NCBI GenBank assembly: GCA_004558305.1
Contig: SFDG01000014.1
Location: 2,260-66,259, forward strand
Direction: 5' to 3'
From: Phocaeicola plebeius
GTDB lineage: Bacteria; Bacteroidota; Bacteroidia; Bacteroidales; Bacteroidaceae
DNA: 64,000 nt
The position numbers were made by a program, and so were the translations under genes. Positions within the stretch are counted from its first letter, which is position 1; each line of letters starts with the position of its first letter. Under the pieces are notes generated by a model. The model saw only the letters and a list, made by a program, of their open reading frames with translations. It was not told the DNA's origin and made no database searches. Shown in pieces: positions 20,040 to 29,155 of this stretch.

Positions 20040-21823
20040 TACTGATTTTAGGAGGAACCACCGAGGGACGGCTGGCAGTGAGGGTGGCCGATGAAGCCGG
20101 TTCGCCCTATTTCTACTCGACGAAAGGACACGAGCAACAAGTGACTTGCCGCAACGGGACGCACCTGACGGGCGGCATGGACGGGGCGGCCCTGACGGAA
20201 TGCTGCCGCGCCCACAGCATCCGGCTGCTGGTGGACGCAGCCCATCCCTTCGCCACTGAATTACACCGCCATGTGGCCGAAGCTGCCCGGCAACTGCACC
20301 TGCCCGTCGTACGCATCGAACGGCAGTACCCACCCCGTTCGTCGGACATCGTGTGGTGTGACGACTACGACGATGCCCTGCGCCGTCTGGAACAAGACGG
20401 TATCCGACGATTACTCGCCCTTACCGGTGTACAGACCATCGGCCGCCTGCGCCCGTACTGGCAACACCACACTTGCTGGTTCCGCATCCTGCCCCGTCCC
20501 TCTTCGATGGCACTGGCGCGGGAACAGGGATTCGACGAACGCAATCTGGTATTCTATCAAGAAAACGACGAGGACCGGTTGGTGAAGCAGCTGTCGCCCG
20601 ATGCCCTTCTGACAAAAGAAAGCGGCGAATCAGGCGGATTTGCGGCAAAGGTAACGGCTGCCCGTGCCGCCGGCATTCCAATCTATGCAGTGAAACGCCC
20701 TCCCCTGCCCGACGGGTTCCGCCTTGTGACGGGTGAACATGGGTTGCGCAAGGCCATCGAACAGGCCATTCCGGGATTCTTTCCCCTCCGCAGCGGCTTC
20801 ACTACGGGTGCCTGCGCCACAGCGGCCACCAAGGCGGCCCTGCTGGCCTTGCTGGGGCAGACGGTCGGCGAGGAAGTCACCATCACCCTGCCCGACGGCG
20901 AGCACATTGCCCTCCCCCTCCACGAAGTGACACGGGAGAACGGTGCCGCCACTGCCGCTGTCCAGAAGGATGCAGGCGATGACCCCGACATCACAAACGG
21001 ACGGCTGATCCTTTCCACTGTCCGCTTCTCCTCCTGTCCGGGCATCCGGTTCCTGCCAGGCGAAGGCGTGGGCCGTGTCACCCTTCCTGGACTGGGACTG
21101 CCCATCGGCGCACCGGCCATCAACCCTACTCCCCGACGGATGATGGAACAGGAAGTCGCTGCCCTCTATCCCGGCGGAGTCGACATCATCCTTTCCATAC
21201 CTGGCGGTCGAGAACTGGCATTACGCACATTCAATCCCAAGTTAGGAGTGGTGGACGGCCTTTCCATCATCGGTACATCGGGGATTGTCCGTCCGTTTTC
21301 GTCGGAAGCCTTCGTAGAGACCATCCGCCGCGAAATCGAAGTTTTCCGAGCGGTAGGCGGTGAACGGCTCGTCATCAATTCGGGAGCACGGAGCGAACGC
21401 TTCCTCCGAGACCGCTACCCCAACCTGCCGCCACAGGCTTTTGTCCATTATGGCAACTACATCGGCGCGACGCTTCGCGCAGCGGCAGACCAAGGAATCG
21501 ACCGGCTCACCTTGGGCATCATGATCGGAAAGGCTGTCAAACTGGCGGAAGGCCAGCTCGACACCCACAGCCGGCAACACCTCATGAACAAGATTTTCCT
21601 GCAACGACTGGCCGCCGAGGCCGGATGCAGCGAAGCAGCCCGTAGCGTCATAGAAAGACTGACGTTGGCCCGCGAACTGTGGACCCTATTGTCGGCAGCC
21701 GACCTCGACCGCTTCCTGACAGTCCTGGTGGCTGCCTGCCGCCACTGGTGCCGCACGGCCTATCCCAACGGCGAACTGACCCTCCTGCTAATGGACGAGG
21801 AGGGACAAATCAGATGCGGTTGA
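20036..21823 (+). CDS. cbiD: Fusion: cobalt-precorrin-6A reductase + cobalt-precorrin-5B C1-methyltransferase (CbiJ-CbiD)
   Basis: N-half 'LGGTTEG','VDAAHPFA','TKESGESGG'; C-half 'GFTTGACATAA','KDAGDDPDITNG','TFNPKLG','LSIIGTSG'. Confidence 0.92.
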   Translation: MILILGGTTEGRLAVRVADEAGSPYFYSTKGHEQQVTCRNGTHLTGGMDGAALTECCRAHSIRLLVDAAHPFATELHRHVAEAARQLHLPVVRIERQYPPRSSDIVWCDDYDDALRRLEQDGIRRLLALTGVQTIGRLRPYWQHHTCWFRILPRPSSMALAREQGFDERNLVFYQENDEDRLVKQLSPDALLTKESGESGGFAAKVTAARAAGIPIYAVKRPPLPDGFRLVTGEHGLRKAIEQAIPGFFPLRSGFTTGACATAATKAALLALLGQTVGEEVTITLPDGEHIALPLHEVTRENGAATAAVQKDAGDDPDITNGRLILSTVRFSSCPGIRFLPGEGVGRVTLPGLGLPIGAPAINPTPRRMMEQEVAALYPGGVDIILSIPGGRELALRTFNPKLGVVDGLSIIGTSGIVRPFSSEAFVETIRREIEVFRAVGGERLVINSGARSERFLRDRYPNLPPQAFVHYGNYIGATLRAAADQGIDRLTLGIMIGKAVKLAEGQLDTHSRQHLMNKIFLQRLAAEAGCSEAARSVIERLTLARELWTLLSAADLDRFLTVLVAACRHWCRTAYPNGELTLLLMDEEGQIRCG

Positions 21824-22985
21824 TTCTCCGGCGGATGATCCAACAGTTCATCCCCGTGACGAAGAGGCTAAGCACAGTGCCCAACACGACGGCCAGCCAG
21901 GGCGTTCCCCCCTTCAGGTCGGGGAACATCTGGCCGATGGCCGACAGGTAATAGTCGCGCACCGCCACTACGACCCCTAACGACAACACCAGCACCACTG
22001 CATTGAGCAGGATGGTCAGCCCCTGATAGGGGAAGGACACCCGTGCCGGACTATACCCCATAAGCAACAGGTTTTCCAGTTTCGTGGTATTCTTCTGGAG
22101 CAACAGATAGATACTGAGCATAAGGATGTAGAACGAAAGCAGGCTGATGAGCAGTCCTACCGAAAGAACGATGCCCACGATAAGTTTGAGGAACCAGGTT
22201 GTCTTTCCGGCATCCAGCTTATCGCCTTCCGTATCGTACCCCTTCTGTCGGAAATACCGGGCAATGCGGTCGTCAGTAGGATTGTTTACCTCCACAATGA
22301 GGCGCGAAGGACGGACTTCCGCTCCGCTGCCATAGGTAGCATTGGCCCATTGCAAGAAGGATTCGGGTACCAGCAAGGTGTTGAGTCGGTTCGAGAATCC
22401 GACGATGCGCCCCTTCATCCGTCCGGCCTGTCCGTTGCCGCGGAGCAGGACATCGAGGTTCATCATGCCCATGACCCCTTCGGACACCTGCGGCAGGTGA
22501 CGGCTCTGGGCAAACCCGAAGTTATAAAGGTTCAGGTAGCTGCGAGGGATGATGATAGGGATTTCCTCCTCACCGGGATGGAACTGCCATTTGTCGAGCC
22601 GGATGTCCACGAAGCGGTCGGGGACAGACTCGAAGAACATATCGGTAGCGAGGTTCATGCCCTGGATGCCTAAGCTGGCCGACACCCGGAAGCAGGTGGG
22701 CAGAAAGGCCCCCACACTCTTGGTGAACGGCTGTTCCCGCAATTCCTCACAGTCGGCCTCACTGAACGTACTGCTCTTGCCGACAAAAGTCCCGAGGGTA
22801 CTGACTTTCTTGCTCACAATCAGGAAGTCTTTCTTGATGAAGCTGTCGCCTTGCGTAAAGACCGGCAGCACATCGCAGTAGAACTGCATACTCAGCAACA
22901 CGATGACCATGCCTACCCAGTTGGCGAGGAAAAACCCCGTCAGTTGGGGAATGCTGAGATGATGGCGTAACAATTTCCAAACCAT
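21810..22985 (-). CDS. ABC transporter permease (FtsX-like topology), uncharacterised
   Basis: One N-terminal TM segment, a large extracytoplasmic domain and three C-terminal TM segments; follows an ABC ATPase gene. Confidence 0.75.
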   Translation of the reverse strand: MVWKLLRHHLSIPQLTGFFLANWVGMVIVLLSMQFYCDVLPVFTQGDSFIKKDFLIVSKKVSTLGTFVGKSSTFSEADCEELREQPFTKSVGAFLPTCFRVSASLGIQGMNLATDMFFESVPDRFVDIRLDKWQFHPGEEEIPIIIPRSYLNLYNFGFAQSRHLPQVSEGVMGMMNLDVLLRGNGQAGRMKGRIVGFSNRLNTLLVPESFLQWANATYGSGAEVRPSRLIVEVNNPTDDRIARYFRQKGYDTEGDKLDAGKTTWFLKLIVGIVLSVGLLISLLSFYILMLSIYLLLQKNTTKLENLLLMGYSPARVSFPYQGLTILLNAVVLVLSLGVVVAVRDYYLSAIGQMFPDLKGGTPWLAVVLGTVLSLFVTGMNCWIIRRRINRI

Positions 22986-23005
22986 ATAATTGCTGATACT
23001 TATTG

Positions 23006-23653
23006 TTAGGTGTGAAGCGTTTCATCATAGGCCAAGGGCAGGTGGTTACCGATGGAAGTCACCACAACCCCGGCTCCCTGCCGGTCGGCCTCGGCGGTCA
23101 GGATATCGGCCATGACCGCCGCATTGGCACCATCGAGGTGGCTGATCGGCTCGTCGAGAAAGAGAAAATCGAACGGCTGGCACAAAGCCCGCACGAAAGC
23201 CACGCGCTGCTGCTGGCCGAAAGACATCTTGCCGATGCACTGGTCTTTCTTATCGTCTATACCCAGCTGCCGGAACCATCCGTCGAGGGTTTCCTTCGAC
23301 TGGAAGCCTCCTGTAAGGCGGTTCTTGAGCTGCACGTTCTCCCAGGCTGTCAGTTCGGGAAATAGGCGCAATTCCTGAAAGAGCAGGCTGAGCGAGCGAG
23401 TACGCAGGCGAGTCCACTGCTCCGTAGAGAACGAGCGGATGTTCTGCCCGTCGAAAGAAATGATGCCCTGATAGTCCTTGCGGTAGCCGTAGACAAAGCT
23501 ACAGAGCGACGACTTGCCGGTGCCCGACGCCGCCTCTACCAGGTATTTCTTGCCCTTCTCGAAGACTACCTGACAATGCCAGATGCCGGAATCCACGAAG
23601 GAACGGTCTGCAAAAACCTGCGGCAAGACATATTGGAGTTCAATACTGTTCAT
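23006..23653 (-). CDS. ABC transporter ATP-binding protein
   Basis: 'ASGTGKSS', 'SFGQQQR', 'FLFLDEP'; ATG 23653 overlaps the upstream stop (ATGA). Confidence 0.9.
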   Translation of the reverse strand: MNSIELQYVLPQVFADRSFVDSGIWHCQVVFEKGKKYLVEAASGTGKSSLCSFVYGYRKDYQGIISFDGQNIRSFSTEQWTRLRTRSLSLLFQELRLFPELTAWENVQLKNRLTGGFQSKETLDGWFRQLGIDDKKDQCIGKMSFGQQQRVAFVRALCQPFDFLFLDEPISHLDGANAAVMADILTAEADRQGAGVVVTSIGNHLPLAYDETLHT

Positions 23654-25167
23654 CGCCACATCGTTTGCAAAAAGTTCTGACGTTTATCCTTCATCACCAA
23701 TTCCACCCGGGCATTCACTCCGTCCTCGCTCTCCACGGTCAGGTAGTCCAGTCCCGCCAGGATGGCAAGGAACTGTGCCATGACATCACTGCCTTTCAAC
23801 CGTTGGCTGAACGTATGGTGCAGCACATTCGCATTCAGTGCCAGGTAGAAATACTTGCCGGCCACCTCTCCGCCCCAAGGATTGTCGCGCAGGGACAGGC
23901 CCAGTACACGGGCATCCACCAATCCTCGGTCGTTGGTCAGGTAGAAGCGGTTCTCCTTCACCCCCAACCAAAGACTTCCTTTGCCCAGCCATCCCCCCTT
24001 GGTGCGAAATTCGTAACCCTCCTGTCCGCCTCCGAGCAACTGCATCTGTCCGCCCGTCAAGGCCAGCAGCGGCTTCAGTTCCTCGAAGGTATGCAAGAAC
24101 TCAGTTCCGGTCACATCAGCCCAAGCAATGAAATGCTGGCCAGACAAATCGGTCAAAGCCAAGGCGACATCCCCCTTTACCGCCGAGAAAATGGCCTCGA
24201 AGTCGATGGGCATCATCGAATGCTCCAGCTCGTGGGCCACCGTGGGATTCTCACACAGCCAGCGGTAAAGGGCTGCCCCGTCCCATCGCCCGGTCATCCA
24301 ACACAGCGTATTGGCCGGAAACAAGTCGAGGTACTTCCCCTCGACAGGGGCCACCACCTGGTGCAGCTTTTCTTGAAAAGCCAGCATCACAGGGTCGGTG
24401 GTCAGCGAACGGATATCCATCACGGCCCTGCCTGCCTCGAAACGGACCACCGAGAGGTAGTTTACGTTCTCCTGCCGCAGTTCGGCAGACAGTCCCATGG
24501 TCAGCGGTGCCAACCACTGGTGGGGAAGCAGGTTCATGGCCGTGAGGGCCACGATATCGCCATCAGCTGCCTGCAACTGCCGGAAAGCGTCGGTACCAGC
24601 AAAGCCCGACTGTTCGTCCTGGCGCAGGAGCAGGGCTACCGCCGACTGCATCTCACGGGCATCGCTCGTCTGCGGATCCACCATCGCCACGAACGCACTG
24701 CGGTTGAAGGCCACCAGCACCTTGCCCAGCGTCGTCCATGTACATCCGTCGCTTTCTTTCAGTTCACTGCAAATCTGTTGTTCTGCCAGCACTTCCATCA
24801 ACTCCTCCAGCTTACCTTTCTGCAACACTTTGGCCAGGAGACCGAAGCGTTCCCCTTGAGGCTCGGCGAAGAAATAGACATTTGTCTTCAGGTCCAGTCC
24901 GCTCTCGTCGGGCCGGTTCATGATGCGGTCTATCAGTCCGGACGATCCTTCCATCCCGCTTTTCAGCGCATCGCTGATGCGACGGATGGCCGGCTGTCCC
25001 GCCGCTCCGTTCAGTCCGCTTTTGGCTGCCATGGAGGCAAAGTCGGCCCTCACCACCAGTGCGGCATCTTTGGGCAGGGCACATTCGTAACTGTGCCGAG
25101 GCCCGCAGGCGGTGAGGCACAGCAACAAGAGCAGCAGCCATCCGCCCATCCTTTGTTTCGTTTTCAT
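23650..25167 (-). CDS. DUF4836-like lipoprotein
   Basis: Lipobox CLTA-C; 'PDESGLDL' segment; position between rsmE and the ABC genes as known in Bacteroidales. Confidence 0.7.
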   Translation of the reverse strand: MKTKQRMGGWLLLLLLCLTACGPRHSYECALPKDAALVVRADFASMAAKSGLNGAAGQPAIRRISDALKSGMEGSSGLIDRIMNRPDESGLDLKTNVYFFAEPQGERFGLLAKVLQKGKLEELMEVLAEQQICSELKESDGCTWTTLGKVLVAFNRSAFVAMVDPQTSDAREMQSAVALLLRQDEQSGFAGTDAFRQLQAADGDIVALTAMNLLPHQWLAPLTMGLSAELRQENVNYLSVVRFEAGRAVMDIRSLTTDPVMLAFQEKLHQVVAPVEGKYLDLFPANTLCWMTGRWDGAALYRWLCENPTVAHELEHSMMPIDFEAIFSAVKGDVALALTDLSGQHFIAWADVTGTEFLHTFEELKPLLALTGGQMQLLGGGQEGYEFRTKGGWLGKGSLWLGVKENRFYLTNDRGLVDARVLGLSLRDNPWGGEVAGKYFYLALNANVLHHTFSQRLKGSDVMAQFLAILAGLDYLTVESEDGVNARVELVMKDKRQNFLQTMWR

Positions 25168-25180
25168 GTGTTTTGTATGT

Positions 25181-25879
25181 TTAGTTCGACAGTAGCTGGA
25201 AAGTCATGACCCCCGACAAGGCCGCCGTCTCGGTGCGCAGCCGCGACCGTCCTAAACTGACCGCTTGAAAGCCGGATGCTTCCGCCAGCTCCACTTCCTC
25301 AGGACTGAAGTCCCCTTCGGGACCGATGAGCAGCAGAACTTCTCCGCCGGGTTGCATCACATCTTTCAGCAGCGGCTTCTCGCCCTCGTAGCAATGGGCG
25401 ATGAATTTCTGTCCGCCAAAGTCGCGGGACACGAATGCACGGAAGTCCGTCAGGTCATTCACTACCGGTTTGCGGGCCTTGAGCGACTGTTTCATAGCCG
25501 ATACGACAATCTTGTCCACCCGTTCGGTCTTGAGCACCTTCCGCTCCGAAAAACGGCAGAGAAGGAACGTCAGTTCGTCGAGCCCCAACTCCGTTGCCTT
25601 TTCGGCAAACCATTCGGTGCGGTCCATGTTCTTGGTGGGTGCCATGGCTAAGTGCAGCCGTCCCCTCCAAAAAGGTTCCTGGGGGAGCGTTTCCGTCACC
25701 CGCACCTGGCAACGTTTGCCCGATGCCGCACTGATGACCGCACGGTAGAAGGCACCCTTGCCATCGGTCAGCATCACCTCATCGCCTACACCAAGGCGCA
25801 GCACGCGCAGACAATGGCCGGCCTCTTCCTCCGGCAGTTCCGGACACGTAGCGATATCAGGGGTATAGAATACATGCAT
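25181..25879 (-). CDS. rsmE: 16S rRNA (uracil-1498-N3)-methyltransferase
   Basis: 'HCLRVLRL', 'EKATELG', 'IGPEGDFS', 'LGRSRLRTETA'. Confidence 0.95.
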   Translation of the reverse strand: MHVFYTPDIATCPELPEEEAGHCLRVLRLGVGDEVMLTDGKGAFYRAVISAASGKRCQVRVTETLPQEPFWRGRLHLAMAPTKNMDRTEWFAEKATELGLDELTFLLCRFSERKVLKTERVDKIVVSAMKQSLKARKPVVNDLTDFRAFVSRDFGGQKFIAHCYEGEKPLLKDVMQPGGEVLLLIGPEGDFSPEEVELAEASGFQAVSLGRSRLRTETAALSGVMTFQLLSN

Positions 25880-25920
25880 TTCTCAATTATCTCCTTATTA
25901 TATATATATATTTTTTTCCT

Positions 25921-27192
25921 CTAAACAAGTTTCGCCGGCTTCTTGGGGTGAAACAGCAGAGAAAACAGCAGCAGCACTACCAAGGCATAGGCCGAAAAAC
26001 ACCACCAGGCATACTTCCATTCTATCACCTGCGCATCAATACTCCCGAAGTCGACGAAATGATTCACCACAGCCTGTGCGCCCAACATCCCTACCGTACA
26101 GCCAACGCCGATCGTCATCATGAGGAACACCCCTTGCGCACTGGAGCGGAGAGACGGATCGGTTTCCATATTCACGTACAAAGACCCAGACACGTTAAAG
26201 AAGTCGAACGCCATACCGTAGACCACCATGGACAGCACGAACATCCACACGCGATCGCCGGGATTACCGGCCGCAAACAGAGCAAAACGCAACACCCATG
26301 CCAGCATGGCCACCTGCATGACCCGCTTGATGCCCAGCCGCCGGAAAAAGTAGGGAATCAGCAACAGACAACAAGTCTCGCTAATCTGCGACAGGGAAAT
26401 CAGCAGATTGGCATGACGTACGCCAAAAGTTTCTGCATATTCGGGAATCCTACTGAAATTCGTCAGATAGGGATTACCAAACCCATTGGTAATCTGTAGC
26501 GAAGCACCCGTCAACATCGAAAAGACAAGGAACAGGCACATCTCTCGCCGGCGGAACATGGACAGCGCGGTCGTTCCCATCTTGACGAACAGGGAGCCAA
26601 TGGTATTCCCTGATGAGGCACGAACCGGACAGTCGGGCAAAGCAAACGAATAGAATGCCATCAGCAACCCGATAATGCCACAACAGAGAAACTGGAGAGG
26701 ACTATCCTGGAAGCCCAGCAGGTCGACCAGACACATTGACACAATAAACCCTACAGGTCCGAAAACACGGATGGGCGGATAGTATTTCACCAGGTCCATT
26801 CCTACCTGGTCGAAAATTGTATAAGCCACTGAATAAGAAAGTCCTATAGTCGGCAAATAAAACGCCACGCCTATCGTATACCCGCCAAACAGCCACATAA
26901 ACGAAACGTTTTCGCCTGACACCCAGCCATAATAACCTACCGCCAGCATACTCAGTGCAGAAATGCCGTGGCAGATTCCCAATACCCGCTGGGCAGGCAG
27001 GCAATAGTCCGCTATCCCCCCAACCAATGTCGGCATCAACAATGCCACAATACCCTGTATGGCGTAAAACAGACCAATCTGTTCCCCAAAACCGATGTGA
27101 GCCAGATAGGTTCCCATAGAAATCTGGTAGGTGCCCCATACCGCAAACTCCAGGAAATTCAGTCCTATCAGTTGCAATTTACTTTTCCTCAT
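25921..27192 (-). CDS. nupG: MFS nucleoside:H+ symporter (NupG/XapB family)
   Basis: 'NFLEFAVWG', 'PPIRVFG', 'SLSQISE', 'YGMAFDFFNVSG', 'RSSAQG'; likely start ATG 27192; -7 element at 27226-27233. Confidence 0.8.
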   Translation of the reverse strand: MRKSKLQLIGLNFLEFAVWGTYQISMGTYLAHIGFGEQIGLFYAIQGIVALLMPTLVGGIADYCLPAQRVLGICHGISALSMLAVGYYGWVSGENVSFMWLFGGYTIGVAFYLPTIGLSYSVAYTIFDQVGMDLVKYYPPIRVFGPVGFIVSMCLVDLLGFQDSPLQFLCCGIIGLLMAFYSFALPDCPVRASSGNTIGSLFVKMGTTALSMFRRREMCLFLVFSMLTGASLQITNGFGNPYLTNFSRIPEYAETFGVRHANLLISLSQISETCCLLLIPYFFRRLGIKRVMQVAMLAWVLRFALFAAGNPGDRVWMFVLSMVVYGMAFDFFNVSGSLYVNMETDPSLRSSAQGVFLMMTIGVGCTVGMLGAQAVVNHFVDFGSIDAQVIEWKYAWWCFSAYALVVLLLFSLLFHPKKPAKLV

Positions 27193-27380
27193 AGTGTTTT
27201 TAGTGTTAAAGTGTTTTCTTTGATGCAAAAGTACGTCTTTTTTTTGAATCCCTCGTTTTCTGAGCCGCCTTTTTCAGCTGCAAAACATCAGAATCGGCCT
27301 TATTAGTTAATATACATTAATCACAAGCATTTTCCTTATCAGTAATTATGTTGTATAGCATAAAATTCATACCTTTGCAC

Positions 27381-27448
27381 CATGTTTTTCATGGTATTAG
27401 ATTTAAGGTTAATGAAGATTGGGAATCTGTGAAGATTCCCTTTTTTTT
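27381..27448 (+). ncRNA. Candidate small regulatory RNA (~68 nt)
   Basis: -7 element TACCTTTG at 27370-27377; 5' hairpin ACCATG/CATGGT; unpaired AU-rich linker; terminator GGGAATCT-GTGA-AGATTCCC-T8 (27421-27448). Confidence 0.7.
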
Positions 27449-27580
27449 GCAACTTCCGGAAACCTTTCAAGGGTCATGCCCGGCGACAGCAAAAGCCGAC
27501 ACCCGACATGACCGTAAAGGAATAACCTTCGTTAAAGGCCATCGTGACGATGTGGGGACACTTTATCCGTCCCTGACCCA

Positions 27581-29140
27581 TCATTTATAGCAGTCGAAGA
27601 TTCCGTCGACGGTGCGACGGTCCATCTTCGGGGTACACAGGCTGACAAGGGCCACCACCGCGAAACCTCCTACCATCGCTACCGCCCCACAATCAATCGG
27701 GTTAAGGAGGACATTACCGAGCATCATGTTCACCACAGTCAGTCCAACGCCCCAAACGAAGCACGCCCATACAGCAAGGCGGGTCACGCCTTTCCAATAG
27801 AGGCCCATCAGGAACGGGGCGAGGAAGGCACCGGCAAGTGCTCCCCAAGAAATACCCATCAGCTGGGCGATGAACTGGGGCGGATTGAGGGCAATCATCA
27901 AAGAAAGGGCAATGAAGAACACGATGAACACACGCATGACCAATACCTTGCGACGCTCGACCTTCTCGGCCACGAGGTCATCGATTTCGCCACCGGCCAC
28001 CTCGCCATCCAGCGATTTCTTGTCGCGGTAGATGAGATCGAGGGTCATGGTGGAAGAAGAGGTAAGTGCCAGTGAGGCAAGGGTGGACATCGAAGCCGAA
28101 AGGACCAGAAGCACGACAAGGGCAATAAGCACATCGGGCAGAGTTTCCAGCATTGAGGGTACAATACTGTCGAAGGCATACTTATGCTTCTCCATGCTGA
28201 AAGCCGGCTCGGGAAACAGGCGACCGAAGCCCCCAAGGAAATAACAGCCTCCTGCCACCACCAATGCAAAGATCGTGGAGATGATGGTGCCGCGGCGGAT
28301 GGCCGACTCATCGGTGATAGAATAGAACTTGCCGACCATCTGCGGCAATCCCCATGTACCCAGTGAGGTAAGGATGACTACGCCGAGCAGACTCAGCGGA
28401 GCAGGGCCGAAGCAGGAGGCGAAATCGCCGGGCTGGAAGTGAGCGAAGAGTCCCGACTTGTCTTCCAGATCGTGGGCCGTCGGCACTGCCTCACCCATCT
28501 TGGATACCGCCTCCACCAGTCCCCCCTGATGGTTGAGTACCACAGCTATCACGGTCGTAATGCCAAAGAGCATGATAATGCCCTGAATGAAATCGTTGAT
28601 GGCCGTTGCCTTGTATCCACCGAGAATGACATAGACGGCGGTGAGCAGGGCCATAATGATGGCGCAATAGGCATAAGGAATGCCGAAGCCCATTTCAAAA
28701 AGTTTGGAGATGCCCATATAGACACCTGCCGTATAAGGGATGAGGAAGATAAAGGCAATGACAGAGGCCGCCACGCGAAGGCCCTCATCCGCATACCGCG
28801 TACCGAAAAAGTCGGGCATGGTGCGGCTCTGTATGTGCTGCGTCATCAGCTTGGTGCGCTTGCCCAACACCAGCCACGCCAGCAACGAACCGATAACGGC
28901 ATTGCCCACGCCAATCCACGAAGCCGACATGCCGTATTTCCAGCCGAACTGGCCGGCATAGCCCACGAACACGACGGCAGAAAAATATGACGTACCATAG
29001 GCAAAAGCGGTGAGCCAGGGACCCACGGAACGTCCACCCAGTACAAAGCCGTCAACCGACTTCGCCTGCTTTCTCGAATACACTCCCACTGCCACTGTGA
29101 CGCAGAGGAAGATAATGGTCAGTAAAATCTTGATAAACAT
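27581..29140 (-). CDS. Sodium:solute symporter (SSS, PutP/PanF-like)
   Basis: Many hydrophobic helices; 'FVLGGRSVGPW', 'SAVVFVGYAG', 'DFFGTRY', 'GGYKA..NDFIQG', 'SASMSTL'. Confidence 0.9.
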   Translation of the reverse strand: MFIKILLTIIFLCVTVAVGVYSRKQAKSVDGFVLGGRSVGPWLTAFAYGTSYFSAVVFVGYAGQFGWKYGMSASWIGVGNAVIGSLLAWLVLGKRTKLMTQHIQSRTMPDFFGTRYADEGLRVAASVIAFIFLIPYTAGVYMGISKLFEMGFGIPYAYCAIIMALLTAVYVILGGYKATAINDFIQGIIMLFGITTVIAVVLNHQGGLVEAVSKMGEAVPTAHDLEDKSGLFAHFQPGDFASCFGPAPLSLLGVVILTSLGTWGLPQMVGKFYSITDESAIRRGTIISTIFALVVAGGCYFLGGFGRLFPEPAFSMEKHKYAFDSIVPSMLETLPDVLIALVVLLVLSASMSTLASLALTSSSTMTLDLIYRDKKSLDGEVAGGEIDDLVAEKVERRKVLVMRVFIVFFIALSLMIALNPPQFIAQLMGISWGALAGAFLAPFLMGLYWKGVTRLAVWACFVWGVGLTVVNMMLGNVLLNPIDCGAVAMVGGFAVVALVSLCTPKMDRRTVDGIFDCYK

Positions 29141-29155
29141 ATAGCTGTATTTTTC

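Noticed and set aside
25899..25910. (TA)6 tract upstream of rsmE as a phase-variation switch
   Set aside because: Short, intergenic, in front of a housekeeping gene and not in a recognisable promoter spacer.
27348..27590. 80-aa ORF over the sRNA candidate
   Set aside because: Starts upstream of the promoter and runs through a strong terminator.
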